Shown here piece by piece: positions 10,740 to 21,304 of a stretch of 32,897 bases of DNA; position 1 is the stretch's first letter; each line of letters starts with the position of its first letter. The DNA comes from Octopus bimaculoides (taxonomy: Eukaryota), in assembly GCF_001194135.2 (NCBI RefSeq), contig NC_068981.1, positions 27,906,467 through 27,939,363 on the forward strand. Reading direction: 5' to 3'. Under the pieces are notes generated by a model. It saw only the letters and a program-made list of their open reading frames with translations, did no database searches and was not told the origin of the DNA. The position numbers and the translations under genes are program-made.

Positions 10740-11375
10740 ATGGACATGAGTAAGAATAAGAACAGAAATAAACGAGTGAAGAACGAATATATAGTGCGTG
10801 TGCTTATTTGGTAAAAAGAAAATGACCATCCCGAAATACAACAATATATATCTATATGTGTGTGTGTGTATGTATATAGTGAGAGCTACATGCTTTTATA
10901 TGCTCATATTCATAAGTAAATACATACACAAGCATAAACACACACACTCGCGCGCGCGCGAACACACACACATACACAACAGAGCACAAACAAAGAACCA
11001 ATGGACTTCTACATATGGGCAACAACCCAATTCTAATCAAAATATCTCAGTCAACCGAATTTTACAGCAGAAGGTACATTCCCACAATTCGTGAAGGGCT
11101 ACTGATCTAATAATAGTATAGTTCAGAAAGGAAATTCTAACCAGACAGCAAATTAGATATTTGTACATAAATTTAAACAATGCCAAACGAGGACATCCCC
11201 TACAAAACCTATTCCAGGGAGAAAAAGCACGTCAACACCACCGATAAAATGGAATTCGATATACACCACGTCCACAATTCATATCCCTAACAATACATAC
11301 TGCTGTTGTAATACCTAGCTTACTTACTGAAATTTCTAATATTAAACTGTGATTTAGAAACACTTCTAAAATATC

Positions 11376-11570
11376 TATGGCAGAAAATTGGCAAAATGCT
11401 CAGTGGCATTTCGTCCGTCTTTACCTTCTGTGTCAAAATTCTACCGAGGTTTTCTTTGCCTTTCATCTTTTTGAGGTCGAGTGACATAAGCAACAGATGA
11501 GCACAGGCCTAGGTGTAATCGACTTTCCTGCTTCCCCGAAATCGATGGCCTTGTGCCAATATTTGAAACC
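11376..11570 (+). mobile_element. tRNA-derived SINE, family A
   Basis: tggcagaa...catttcgtccgtctttac...ctttgcctttcatc...tggccttgtgccaatatttgaaacc. Confidence 0.8.
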
Positions 11571-11591
11571 AATATTTAAATGATATAAGAT

Positions 11592-11803
11592 GATGGCGAA
11601 CTGGCAGAATAGTTAAGTACGCTGGGCAAAATGTTTAATCTTATCTAGCCCGTCTTCGCGTGCTGAGTCCAAATTCCAATGACGTTAACTTTGCCTTTCA
11701 ATTTTTGGGGGTGGCTAACATAAGTACCAGTTAAGCACTGAAGTCGATGTTAACGACTTACCCTGCACCCGAAATTGCTGGTTGTGTGCCAAAATTTAAA
11801 ACC
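11592..11803 (+). mobile_element. tRNA-derived SINE, family A (tandem with the previous copy)
   Basis: ggcgaactggcagaat...aactttgcctttc...aagtaccagtt...gtgccaaaatttaaaacc. Confidence 0.8.
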
Positions 11804-11965
11804 ATTATTTAAACGATAAGTAAAATGTTTTATTTTATTACATTTCTGTTTTTTTAATTTTTTTTTTGTTATGGTTAATACTCTCTTTGCTATAATAATC
11901 TGAATATCACGTAACCTGTATATCTATCTAGCTATCTACCTATCTGTTTATCTATCTGTCTGTCT

Positions 11966-12039
<74 letters not shown>

Positions 12040-12129
12040 NNNNNNNNNNTATATATATATATATATATATATATATCTATATATACATACATACACACAT
12101 ATTTGTGTGTTTGTGTGTGTGTGTGTGTG

Positions 12130-12262
12130 TGTGCGTGTTTGACTTTGTGCTTGTATTCGTCCCCCGTTTGACAACCAACGTTGTTATGTTTACCTCACCG
12201 CAACTTAGCTGTTCGACAAAAGAGAACGTTGGAGTAGGCACCAAGCTTGAAATATAAAAACT
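12130..12262 (+). mobile_element. SINE family B, 3' fragment
   Basis: tttgacaacc..tgtttac..gcaacttagctgttcgacaaaagaga is similar to 22843-23052 and to the reverse complement of 27790-27960. Confidence 0.6.
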
Positions 12263-12425
12263 GGGAATGCTTATTCTTCGTAAGCCTAGTACTTATTCAA
12301 TCGCTAAATTTTGCCGAATCATTAAGTTACGGGGACATAAATACACCAGCATCAGTTGTCAAGTGATGGCGATGGGGAGGGACAAACACACATACATACA
12401 CACATAAATACATGCACATATATAT
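12263..12425 (-). mobile_element. SINE family B, 3' fragment
   Basis: ttattcttcgtaagcctagtacttattc..aagttacggggacataaatacaccagcatcagttgtcaagtgatgg closely matches 27870-27980. Confidence 0.8.
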
Positions 12426-14855
12426 NNNNNNNNNNNNNNNNNNNNNNNNNNNNNNNNNNNNNNNNNNNNNNNNNNNNNNNNNNNNNNNNNNNNNNNNNNN
12501 NNNNNNNNNNNNNNNNNNNNNNNNNNNNNNNNNNNNNNNNNNNNNNNNNNNNNNNNNNNNNNNNNNNNNNNNNNNNNNNNNNNNNNNNNNNNNNNNNNNN
12601 NNNNNNNNNNNNNNNNNNNNNNNNNNNNNNNNNNNNNNNNNNNNNNNNNNNNNNNNNNNNNNNNNNNNNNNNNNNNNNNNNNNNNNNNNNNNNNNNNNNN
12701 NNNNNNNNNNNNNNNNNNNNNNNNNNNNNNNNNNNNNNNNNNNNNNNNNNNNNNNNNNNNNNNNNNNNNNNNNNNNNNNNNNNNNNNNNNNNNNNNNNNN
12801 NNNNNNNNNNNNNNNNNNNNNNNNNNNNNNNNNNNNNNNNNNNNNNNNNNNNNNNNNNNNNNNNNNNNNNNNNNNNNNNNNNNNNNNNNNNNNNNNNNNN
12901 NNNNNNNNNNNNNNNNNNNNNNNNNNNNNNNNNNNNNNNNNNNNNNNNNNNNNNNNNNNNNNNNNNNNNNNNNNNNNNNNNNNNNNNNNNNNNNNNNNNN
13001 NNNNNNNNNNNNNNNNNNNNNNNNNNNNNNNNNNNNNNNNNNNNNNNNNNNNNNNNNNNNNNNNNNNNNNNNNNNNNNNATATATATATATATATATACG
13101 CATGTGTATGCATATTATCAAAAGATGAAAAAGTGTCCGGTCTTCTAATCATGGCACAAGATAGGAGTAATACTGTTCAGTAGTCCTGGCATACCAGATT
13201 GACCGTTGGAATGGTTGGGCTGTAGACAAGCTATTTTCGAATCGTTCAGCGGTAGTAGTCAATGGAAAGACTAGGATCGAGTGTTGTTAATCAAAGCACT
13301 GGTAAGGTAGGCGAAGAATGTATCCAAAATGGTTGGAGAAGTAAGGAAGGGAGAAACGAGCGGTAGAATCGTTTTATGTCAATGGCATAGGGATTTTGAA
13401 TTCCAAAGTATATATGAAGGCACGGGTATAAATGCGTTTGCGTTGTCTGGAATCGAGACGATCAAACTTATTTATTCAGAAATAGATAGTTTACCGGAAG
13501 AATTTACAAATGGGAATGTCAGAGTGCTACAAAGCCTTGTTCTCCAACACATCCTGCTCTACAGGAAATAATTATTTTAATCGCAAAATTAATCTGAGAC
13601 GCTGATATCTTTAAGTTAAACGGTTAATATATGTAAAATACTGTCCTCTTCTGAATGCAGTCTCTACCACAGTGTACTTACTCGGATGTCTTTCAATACT
13701 GAATACCAATGGTACCAACAATATAGCCATTTAGATAGATTTTAATCGCTGAATCACATACTTTTTTTCTAAAAATCTCATGTTAAAATAATAGCGATAT
13801 GTTTTAAATCAGGGTTCGATTTCTGATGGAAACCATTTCAGTCTTACTACTAATATATTATCTATCAAAGTGAAAAGAAAAGAAAGTTTTTAATCGCCAC
13901 CGCTCTTCTCATCGCAATATAATCTTCGTCATTATCATTACCGTCATCAACAACAGTATCATCATCATCATCGTCTTCGTCATCAGGTCATTTAATAGCA
14001 CCATCATAGACATCACAATCTCTCTCCTTCTTTCCTCCCTCCCCTCTCCCTTTCTTTCTCTCCTCTTTTTCTCTCATTTTTGACTCCCTTCCTACTCTAT
14101 TATCCTTTATCTAATACCAATCTAGTAATCAGTGTTCCAGGAGATAAGCATATTCCTTTTAGTCCTTTATTTCACTTCAACCCTTTATTTATTTAGATAT
14201 CATTTATTCATTGTATGTAATTATTTTGCATTTGTTTTAGCTCATCATTTACTACTTTAACAGTTTACTTTGAAACTGCGATTTTTCATCATTTTTTTTT
14301 CTTTTATTAAAACCTTTAGAAAAGAAAATGGCGCCTAATTCAAAAGTAAATAAAAAGATGCAGCAAACACAACCAAGAGGGCAGTGCATGCTACGCAGTA
14401 TAAACCGTCATGCGCCATCAAATTTCTAGCAATGAGTGCATTTTAATTATGTCAAACTATTTGTTTTCCAAGGCAACGTATTAACCTTTCCTTGTCATTC
14501 AATCATATTTACTGTTGCCGTGAAAAATAATTGTATTCGTACTTGTTCTTGTTGACGTCATCATTGTTGTTGCATCTCGTATTTATTTTACTCTCCTTAA
14601 CTGTTGGTTTCCAGAGTTTTCTTCAATTTGTTGTTGCAGGTACAATTAACGTTGTTATATTTATTTCTGTAGTTAAATTCGATGCAGTGACTTTTTTCAT
14701 TTTTCGTTCATCATTTTAAGGCCTTTTCGCTTGTTGTTTTAATAATTTTTGTAGTACGTTGTCTTTCCTTCAACTTATTTCAAAGTGTACAGTCTGTGGA
14801 CATATATGTGTGTGAGTGTGTGTGTTTGTGTTCTTGTGTATGAGTATGTATATAC

Positions 14856-14893
<38 letters not shown>

Positions 14894-15449
14894 NNNNNNN
14901 NNNNNNNNNNNNNNNNNNNNNNNNNNNNNNNNNNNNNNNNNNNNNNNNNNNNNNNNNNNNNNNNNNNNNNNNNNNNNNNNNNNNNNNNNNNNNNNNNNNN
15001 NNNNNNNNNNNNNNNNNNNNNNNNNNNNNNNNNNNNNNNNNNNNNNNNNNNNNNNNNNNNNNNNNNNNNNNNNNNNNNNNNNNNNNNNNNNNNNNNNNNN
15101 NNNNNNNNNNNNNNNNNNNNNNNNNNNNNNNNNNNNNNNNNNNNNNNNNNNNNNNNNNNNNNNNNNNNNNNNNNNNNNNNNNNNNNNNNNNNNNNNNNNN
15201 NNNNNNNNNNNNNNNNNNNNNNNNNNNNNNNNNNNNNNNNNNNNNNNNNNNNNNNNNNNNNNNNNNNNNNNNNNNNNNNNNNNNNNNNNNNNNNNNNNNN
15301 NNNNNNNNNNNNNNNNNNNNNNNNNNNNNNNNNNNNNNNNNNNNNNNNNNNNNNNNNNNNNNNNNNNNNNNNNNNNNNNNNNNNNNNNNNNNNNNNNNNN
15401 NNNNNNNNNNNNNNNNNNNNNNNNNNNNNNNNNNNNNNNNNNNNNNNNN

Positions 15450-15481
<32 letters not shown>

Positions 15482-15486
<5 letters not shown>

Positions 15487-15535
15487 ATAACGTCGACCAC
15501 TAACGTGGACAGTTAAGTGGTCGACGTTATTTTTT
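15482..15535. repeat. Perfect 20-bp inverted repeat / hairpin
   Basis: AAAAAATAACGTCGACCACT (15482-15501) is the exact reverse complement of 15516-15535. Confidence 0.95.
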
Positions 15536-16523
15536 TAAACGTACCTTAATCCCCTGAGATTGCAGATAATATTTCTGAATCTCTTTGATTCTTTACATGT
15601 GCTGGCCTCCTGATAATTATTCGATATTAATTAATATATGACAAATTACCAGATTTTATAATTATATATATATATATATATATATACTCTTGTGTATGTG
15701 CTTCTGGTTCGATCCTACTGCATTAGCATGTCGGGCATGTGTCATTTCACTGAAGCATTGTAAATATATTTATGTTGTATGTGTTATCTGTATATAACAC
15801 TGCTTAACCTGTATTCCAACCATCATTCCCGTTTACAGTTTAAATTTTATAGGAGTTTTATTAGATTTTCTGCTTCACATATTATTGCCTGTGTATTATA
15901 TGACATAGTGTCACAACCTTTTGCAATTTTGAACAAAATAATGCGTTTCTAATTCATGCTGACCCTTCCAATAATGTTTATTGTGATATCTATTAATACT
16001 TACTCTTATGTGCCTATCAATTTCTCTACCCATCTCTGAAGACTGCATCAAAGATGCAGACCACTGAGAGAAACAATTTAAAGAAAAAGGATACTAATAA
16101 CTATTTTACTGATTTTCAATATATCTCTAACTATATAATCCATTTATGTATCTACTACCTCGTTCCAAGTGTATCTATCTTTTTATGAATGCATCCATTT
16201 TCTCTCGAATTAAATTCTCTATATGTTATCTCTAAATATTTCTAAATCTCAGTGAATTCCTACTTTTACGTTACATATACATGTATTCTTTCATATCTAC
16301 GTTTTGTAATATAATTTCATGCATACATACATGCGTCTCTAATTATGTGTATGTTTATACCTACATTTGAATACACAAATACATATGTACTAACATATAT
16401 GTAACCGTTTTTTATTCCTGTTGAAGATATTGTACTGTGACTCTGTTCGGCGTCGCACCTAAAAAGTGATTCGTTTCTTTCTAGTACTTCCTTTAAATCT
16501 GTAACTCATTCTATCGATAACTC

Positions 16524-17194
16524 GGATCTTGTTCAAAACGGGGGCACCAGTTTTCATTAATGTTTTATGTAGTGTTTTTGGTACCGAAAGACTTTCAAAC
16601 TTCGTATACTTATCTATTTTGTGTTATAGAACAGAAAAAAAAATTTGTATTCGGATTTATTTCATGTAAAAAATTGTCTTATTTCGATAATTTCAACCAA
16701 TCAATGACAAGTATTCAGCTGTTTACAGTTACTCCTAGGCGGTGTAAAGCGTATTTAATCTCCATTATTTCTGACATTTTGCAGAGGCAACACACGTGTG
16801 TTCGTTTTCCCTACCCTAACCCTAACCCTAACCCTAACCCTAATTGACTTGCTCCTTCCCTCAAAAACCATGCCTTGTCCCTATAATAGAAAGGTTTATT
16901 AGCTACTGCCAATATGCTTCAGCCATTTTTTGACAAGGAAATAATAATTTTATCACCGCCGTGAATCGTTTGTTTACGTAGTCAGCACTTAATTTTTATG
17001 GCTGAATGGACGTCAGTCATTGGTTGAAATTACAGAAATACGACAACTTTAACATGAAATAACTTGCGATGTACGTTTTTTTTTTTAAGAAGACTAAGAG
17101 AAAAAGATGTTTTATATAACACATTCTACCAGTGTCCCAAGTTTCAAAGTGTTTCGTTAAGAAAATACTGGTGCCCCCGTTTTGAACAAGATCC
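16524..17194. mobile_element. Non-autonomous DNA transposon (MITE), 671 bp, Merlin-like by its termini
   Basis: Perfect 28-bp TIRs GGATCTTGTTCAAAACGGGGGCACCAGT (16524-16551 and 17167-17194), flanked by an exact 8-bp TSD GATAACTC (16516-23 and 17195-202). No transposase ORF. Confidence 0.9.
16809..16843 (-). repeat. Interstitial telomeric repeat (TTAGGG)5 plus one degenerate unit
   Basis: CCCTA (16809-13) followed by five exact CCCTAA units (16814-16843). Confidence 0.95.
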
Positions 17195-17564
17195 GATAAC
17201 TCTTTGCCAAACAGCTAGGAAGGAACTCAAAGAGAAAGCAACAACGATTGACAAGTGGTGTGTGCCAAATACAAAATAGTACACACACATAGTCGCATAT
17301 ACACACTCCCACGCACGCATATGTGAATATATGCACGCATGCATGTAATTGTGCATGTATGCATGTACACAAGCAGATATGTATTGCAAAGGAGTCAATA
17401 CAACAATTACATATTTACTCAGAAATTTGCACATACGCATTCGCGAGGTAAATGGTTGTTATCCAATAGACAATTTGCCTGTAAGATCGTACTGGGGTCT
17501 AAGACATCGGCTTACTGTCTTTCAAAATCTTTGACTTCGTGCTTCAAGTAGAAACCCTTTAGGG

Positions 17565-17780
17565 GTAATGAGGTTGTGGAAATTTTGCAGCGTCGGGAAA
17601 AATGCTTTGCATTATTTTTACCGCCTTTGTATTTTGATTATCCAACCCACAGAGGTCAACTTTCTCTTTCATCTTTTCCGAGCAGACATTATACAGTACC
17701 AGAAAAGCACCAAGTTCCCATAGTATCAACATAACACCTCCTCTCGAAATTTTTGGGCCTTGTGCCTAAAATGAGAAACG
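17565..17780 (+). mobile_element. Degenerate SINE, family A
   Basis: aaaatgctttgc..agaggtcaactttctctttcatc..cagtaccag..gggccttgtgcctaaaat. Confidence 0.65.
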
Positions 17781-18710
17781 TCATTATCGCTGCTGTTGTT
17801 TTTGTTGTTATTGTTGTATTCAGTGTTATTGTTGCTGTTGCATTTGCTATTGTTCTTAAGAGTTTAATGTTAAATTGACCTTACGCATTGCTTTCAACGC
17901 AGTCTTTTACATACACCTATATATATATATATATATATATGTATATGTATATATATATATTTACATATAAATAACTATATATATATGTATATATATGTAT
18001 GTATGTATATATGCACCTATGTGTGCATAAATGAGGGAGGGTCACTGTGTCTGTGCGTATGTGTCTATATATTGTATTCGCGCTTACTAACTCAGTATTG
18101 TTTCCTTTTGTTTTTGTCTATTAGAGTGATTTTTTTTTTCTTTTCGCCAATATACATTTATAATCCATAATGACCTTTTATGTTTTCTCCTGTTTAATTT
18201 TCTATTTTGATTTAGTTTTTTTTATGGGTATTTCTTCACAATCATCACCTCTTCTGCTACTTCGTCTCTAGCTTCTATGATTTATATATTTGTTGATTTT
18301 TCTGTTGATTTTGTTCTTTCTTTTTATTTTTAGTTTTAGAAGAACCAGGATAGTAATGGTTGTGGCCTCCTGCGGTTAGTGTACGAAAAATTAAAAGAAA
18401 AATATGACAAAAACAAAAAAATAGAGCGTTAACGAGTGATGTGTCGCGGAACAGATTTGGGCTAATGCCACTGCAATGTTTCCCTAATGGACTTCCAAGG
18501 AAGCTGCGTGACTGTTCACGATGTCTAGTGTACCGAGGCGTTGAATTGAACAGTCAGTTCAGTACGTTGCTTGACGGCTCGCCGTTTCTGAAGGAGAAGT
18601 AGTCACGGCATGGGGTTTTTGCTAGCTCTGCCCTTCGGGCTATCTATATGTATGTATATAACGCGGAAGAGGAAAGGGGAGAGAGTAAATGTGTGAGAAA
18701 GAGAAACATG

Positions 18711-18712
<2 letters not shown>

Positions 18713-18780
<68 letters not shown>
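18713..18780 (+). repeat. (GA)n microsatellite
   Basis: Seen directly; one of dozens of (GT)n, (TA)n, (GA)n and (TACA)n tracts in the window. Confidence 0.95.
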
Positions 18781-18784
<4 letters not shown>

Positions 18785-18936
18785 TATAAATGATGCTGAG
18801 ATGTGGGCGGAGTGAGAGATAAAGAGGGAGTGAAAGAAAGAGAGACGCAAGTGAGAGAGCAATGCATATAGAGAGACGGACAGGTAGACACTTATGGAAC
18901 AGAGTGACAGATCTACTGATATATATATGTGTGTGT

Positions 18937-18979
<43 letters not shown>

Positions 18980-19080
18980 TGTATGTGTTTGTGTGTATAG
19001 AGAGAGAGAGAGAGGAAGAGAAAGACAGACAGACAGACAGATTGATATCAATATATATGTTTTATGTATGCATGCATGTT

Positions 19081-19128
<48 letters not shown>

Positions 19129-19185
19129 CATACATGCCTACATGGATACACACACAATTATATGTACCAATGTATGCATGTATGC

Positions 19186-19230
<45 letters not shown>

Positions 19231-19506
19231 TATAGACATACATACATACACGCATACATAGATACACACACAATTATATGTACCCACATACATAAACACG
19301 CACGATGTGTTTGTGCTAAACATGTGGACAATTGCGTATGAGTTTATCTGTACGCACGCACGTGCAGTTGTGCATGTAAAAAGGCAGGCAAAGAGAAATA
19401 TAGAGATATATTAGTAGACAGACACGAAGCTGTAAACAAACTAAGCTTGCGAAAAAATGAACGGCAAGTATGATAATGGGAGGTCTTAAGTGATTGCTTG
19501 ACGTAT

Positions 19507-19568
<62 letters not shown>

Positions 19569-20133
19569 TACGTGTTCGTGTGCATTTGTGTGTATAGGCA
19601 GATGTATTTATGCATAACTATATGGATACAAACACACACGCATATATACACATATATGCATGTGTGTGTGTGGCGAGAGAGACAAACAGAGACAGTGACA
19701 AATAGAAAACATGCGCGTACGTAAATATATATACGTATATATATATATATATATATATATNNNNNNNNNNNNNNNNNNNNNNNNNNNNNNNNNNNNNNNN
19801 NNNNNNNNNNNNNNNNNNNNNNNNNNNNNNNNNNNNNNNNNNNNNNNNNNNNNNNNNNNNNNNNNNNNNNNNNNNNNNNNNNNNNNNNNNNNNNNNNNNN
19901 NNNNNNNNNNNNNNNNNNNNNNNNNNNNNNNNNNNNNNNNNNNNNNNNNNNNNNNNNNNNNNNNNNNNNNNNNNNNNNNNNNNNNNNNNNNNNNNNNNNN
20001 NNNNNNNNNNNNNNNNNNNNNNNNNNNNNNNNNNNNNNNNNNNNNNNNNNNNNNNNNNNNNNNNNNNNNNNNNNNNNNNNNNNNNNNNNNNNNNNNNNNN
20101 NNNNNNNNNNNNNNNNNNNNNNNNNNNNNNNNN

Positions 20134-20181
<48 letters not shown>

Positions 20182-20184
<3 letters not shown>

Positions 20185-20302
20185 GGTCTGCACAAATTCT
20201 GGGTACATGGAGTAAATAAAATCATAACATAAACAAAAATAAGAAATAATAATTTCTTAAAGTGTGTTAATCCCCATGTACCTAGTCTTTGTGGACACCC
20301 TG
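20182..20302. mobile_element. Tc1/mariner-type MITE, 121 bp
   Basis: Imperfect ~29-bp TIRs: CAGGGTCTGCACAAATTCTGGGTACATGG versus the reverse complement of the right end CAGGGTGTCCACAAAGACTAGGTACATGG. TA on both sides (20180-81, 20303-04). Confidence 0.85.
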
Positions 20303-20382
20303 TATATATACTATTAAACCTATATTCGAGATATATGGGCTGTGACTGAGAAGTGCTGAAAATGAGTCCAAGACGAACGATA

Positions 20383-21304
20383 ATTGAGGAGGAAAACTCA
20401 GAAATAAAATTTAGGTCAATCAGCAAATTCCCAAACGGAAAACACATAAACTTAATTTTTTTTTAATATTTGAAAAATACATATACAGTAATACATATTA
20501 ATACAGATCAATACAAATATATATATATATATATACATAAAAGCATAACATAAATATATCAATGAAAATATAAATTAAAGGAACGTAAAAATATGCAAGG
20601 TGTAAATATGGTGAGTGCAAACGAAAGAAAACATTAATAGAAATAGAAATAGAGATTGAAAATGAAATGATAAACTACCTATAGAAAAAGATACAAAATA
20701 TATAAATTATATAAGATAACAGTAAGGAGGCGTCTACATCATCGAACAGCAAAAAAGATAAGACATTTCAGAGAGCAAATAACTACATTGCTAGAACAGA
20801 TCAAAAATTTACAATTAAGGTTTAAGAATTAAGTATAAATTCCCGCTATTAGATGAAATCCATTCGACGCGTACATTTTCGGTAAGGTAAAAAGTTCAAA
20901 AGTTTAACTCATCCTTGCAAGTAATGTCCCCTTCATCAAGAAGACATCCTCCGTAACGAATTACCAACTTTTATCTTATATAATTTATATATTTTGTTAT
21001 ATTTTTCTATAGGTAGTTTATCATTTTATTTTCAATCACTATTTCTATTTTTGTTAATGTGTTCTCTTTCGTTTGCACTCACGATATTTTACACCTCGCA
21101 TTTGTTTACGTTATTTTAATTTACATTTTTATTGAGATATATATGTTATGCTTTTATATATATATATATATATACAGAGAGACAGAGAGATTCTATTGAT
21201 CTGTATATTAATCTTGTTTAATATTTTAAAGAAATTTTACATCTATGTGTTTTCTGTTTGGGAATTTGCTGATTGACCCAAACATTGTGAGTTTCTTCTT
21301 CAAT
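20383..21304. mobile_element. Foldback-type element with ~335-bp imperfect inverted arms
   Basis: 20383-20719 is the diverged reverse complement of 20971-21304 (e.g. GGTCAATCAGCAAATTCCCAAAC, GTGAGTGCAAACGAAAG, ATGATAAACTACCTATAGAAAAA occur in both arms). 251-bp spacer; no clear TSD. Confidence 0.8.

Larger units (their letters stand above)
9640..10790 (+). mobile_element. Penelope-like retroelement 3' portion (GIY-YIG, 3' UTR, terminal hammerhead)
   Basis: GIY-YIG relic, then ~550 nt of A/C-rich UTR-like sequence, then a hammerhead motif in the same orientation. Limits approximate. Confidence 0.7.

Noticed and set aside
13329-13571. 80-aa ORF with GTG/ATG start
   Set aside because: No domain recognised on either strand; may be a very old TE remnant but cannot be supported.
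14325-14335. YY1-like AAAATGGCGCC motif
   Set aside because: A single short motif with no supporting promoter context.
16035-16075. CTGAAGA followed by hairpin CTGCATC-AAA-GATGCAG as a third hammerhead
   Set aside because: GAAA does not follow the stem (10 extra nt intervene) and no stem I partner is found.
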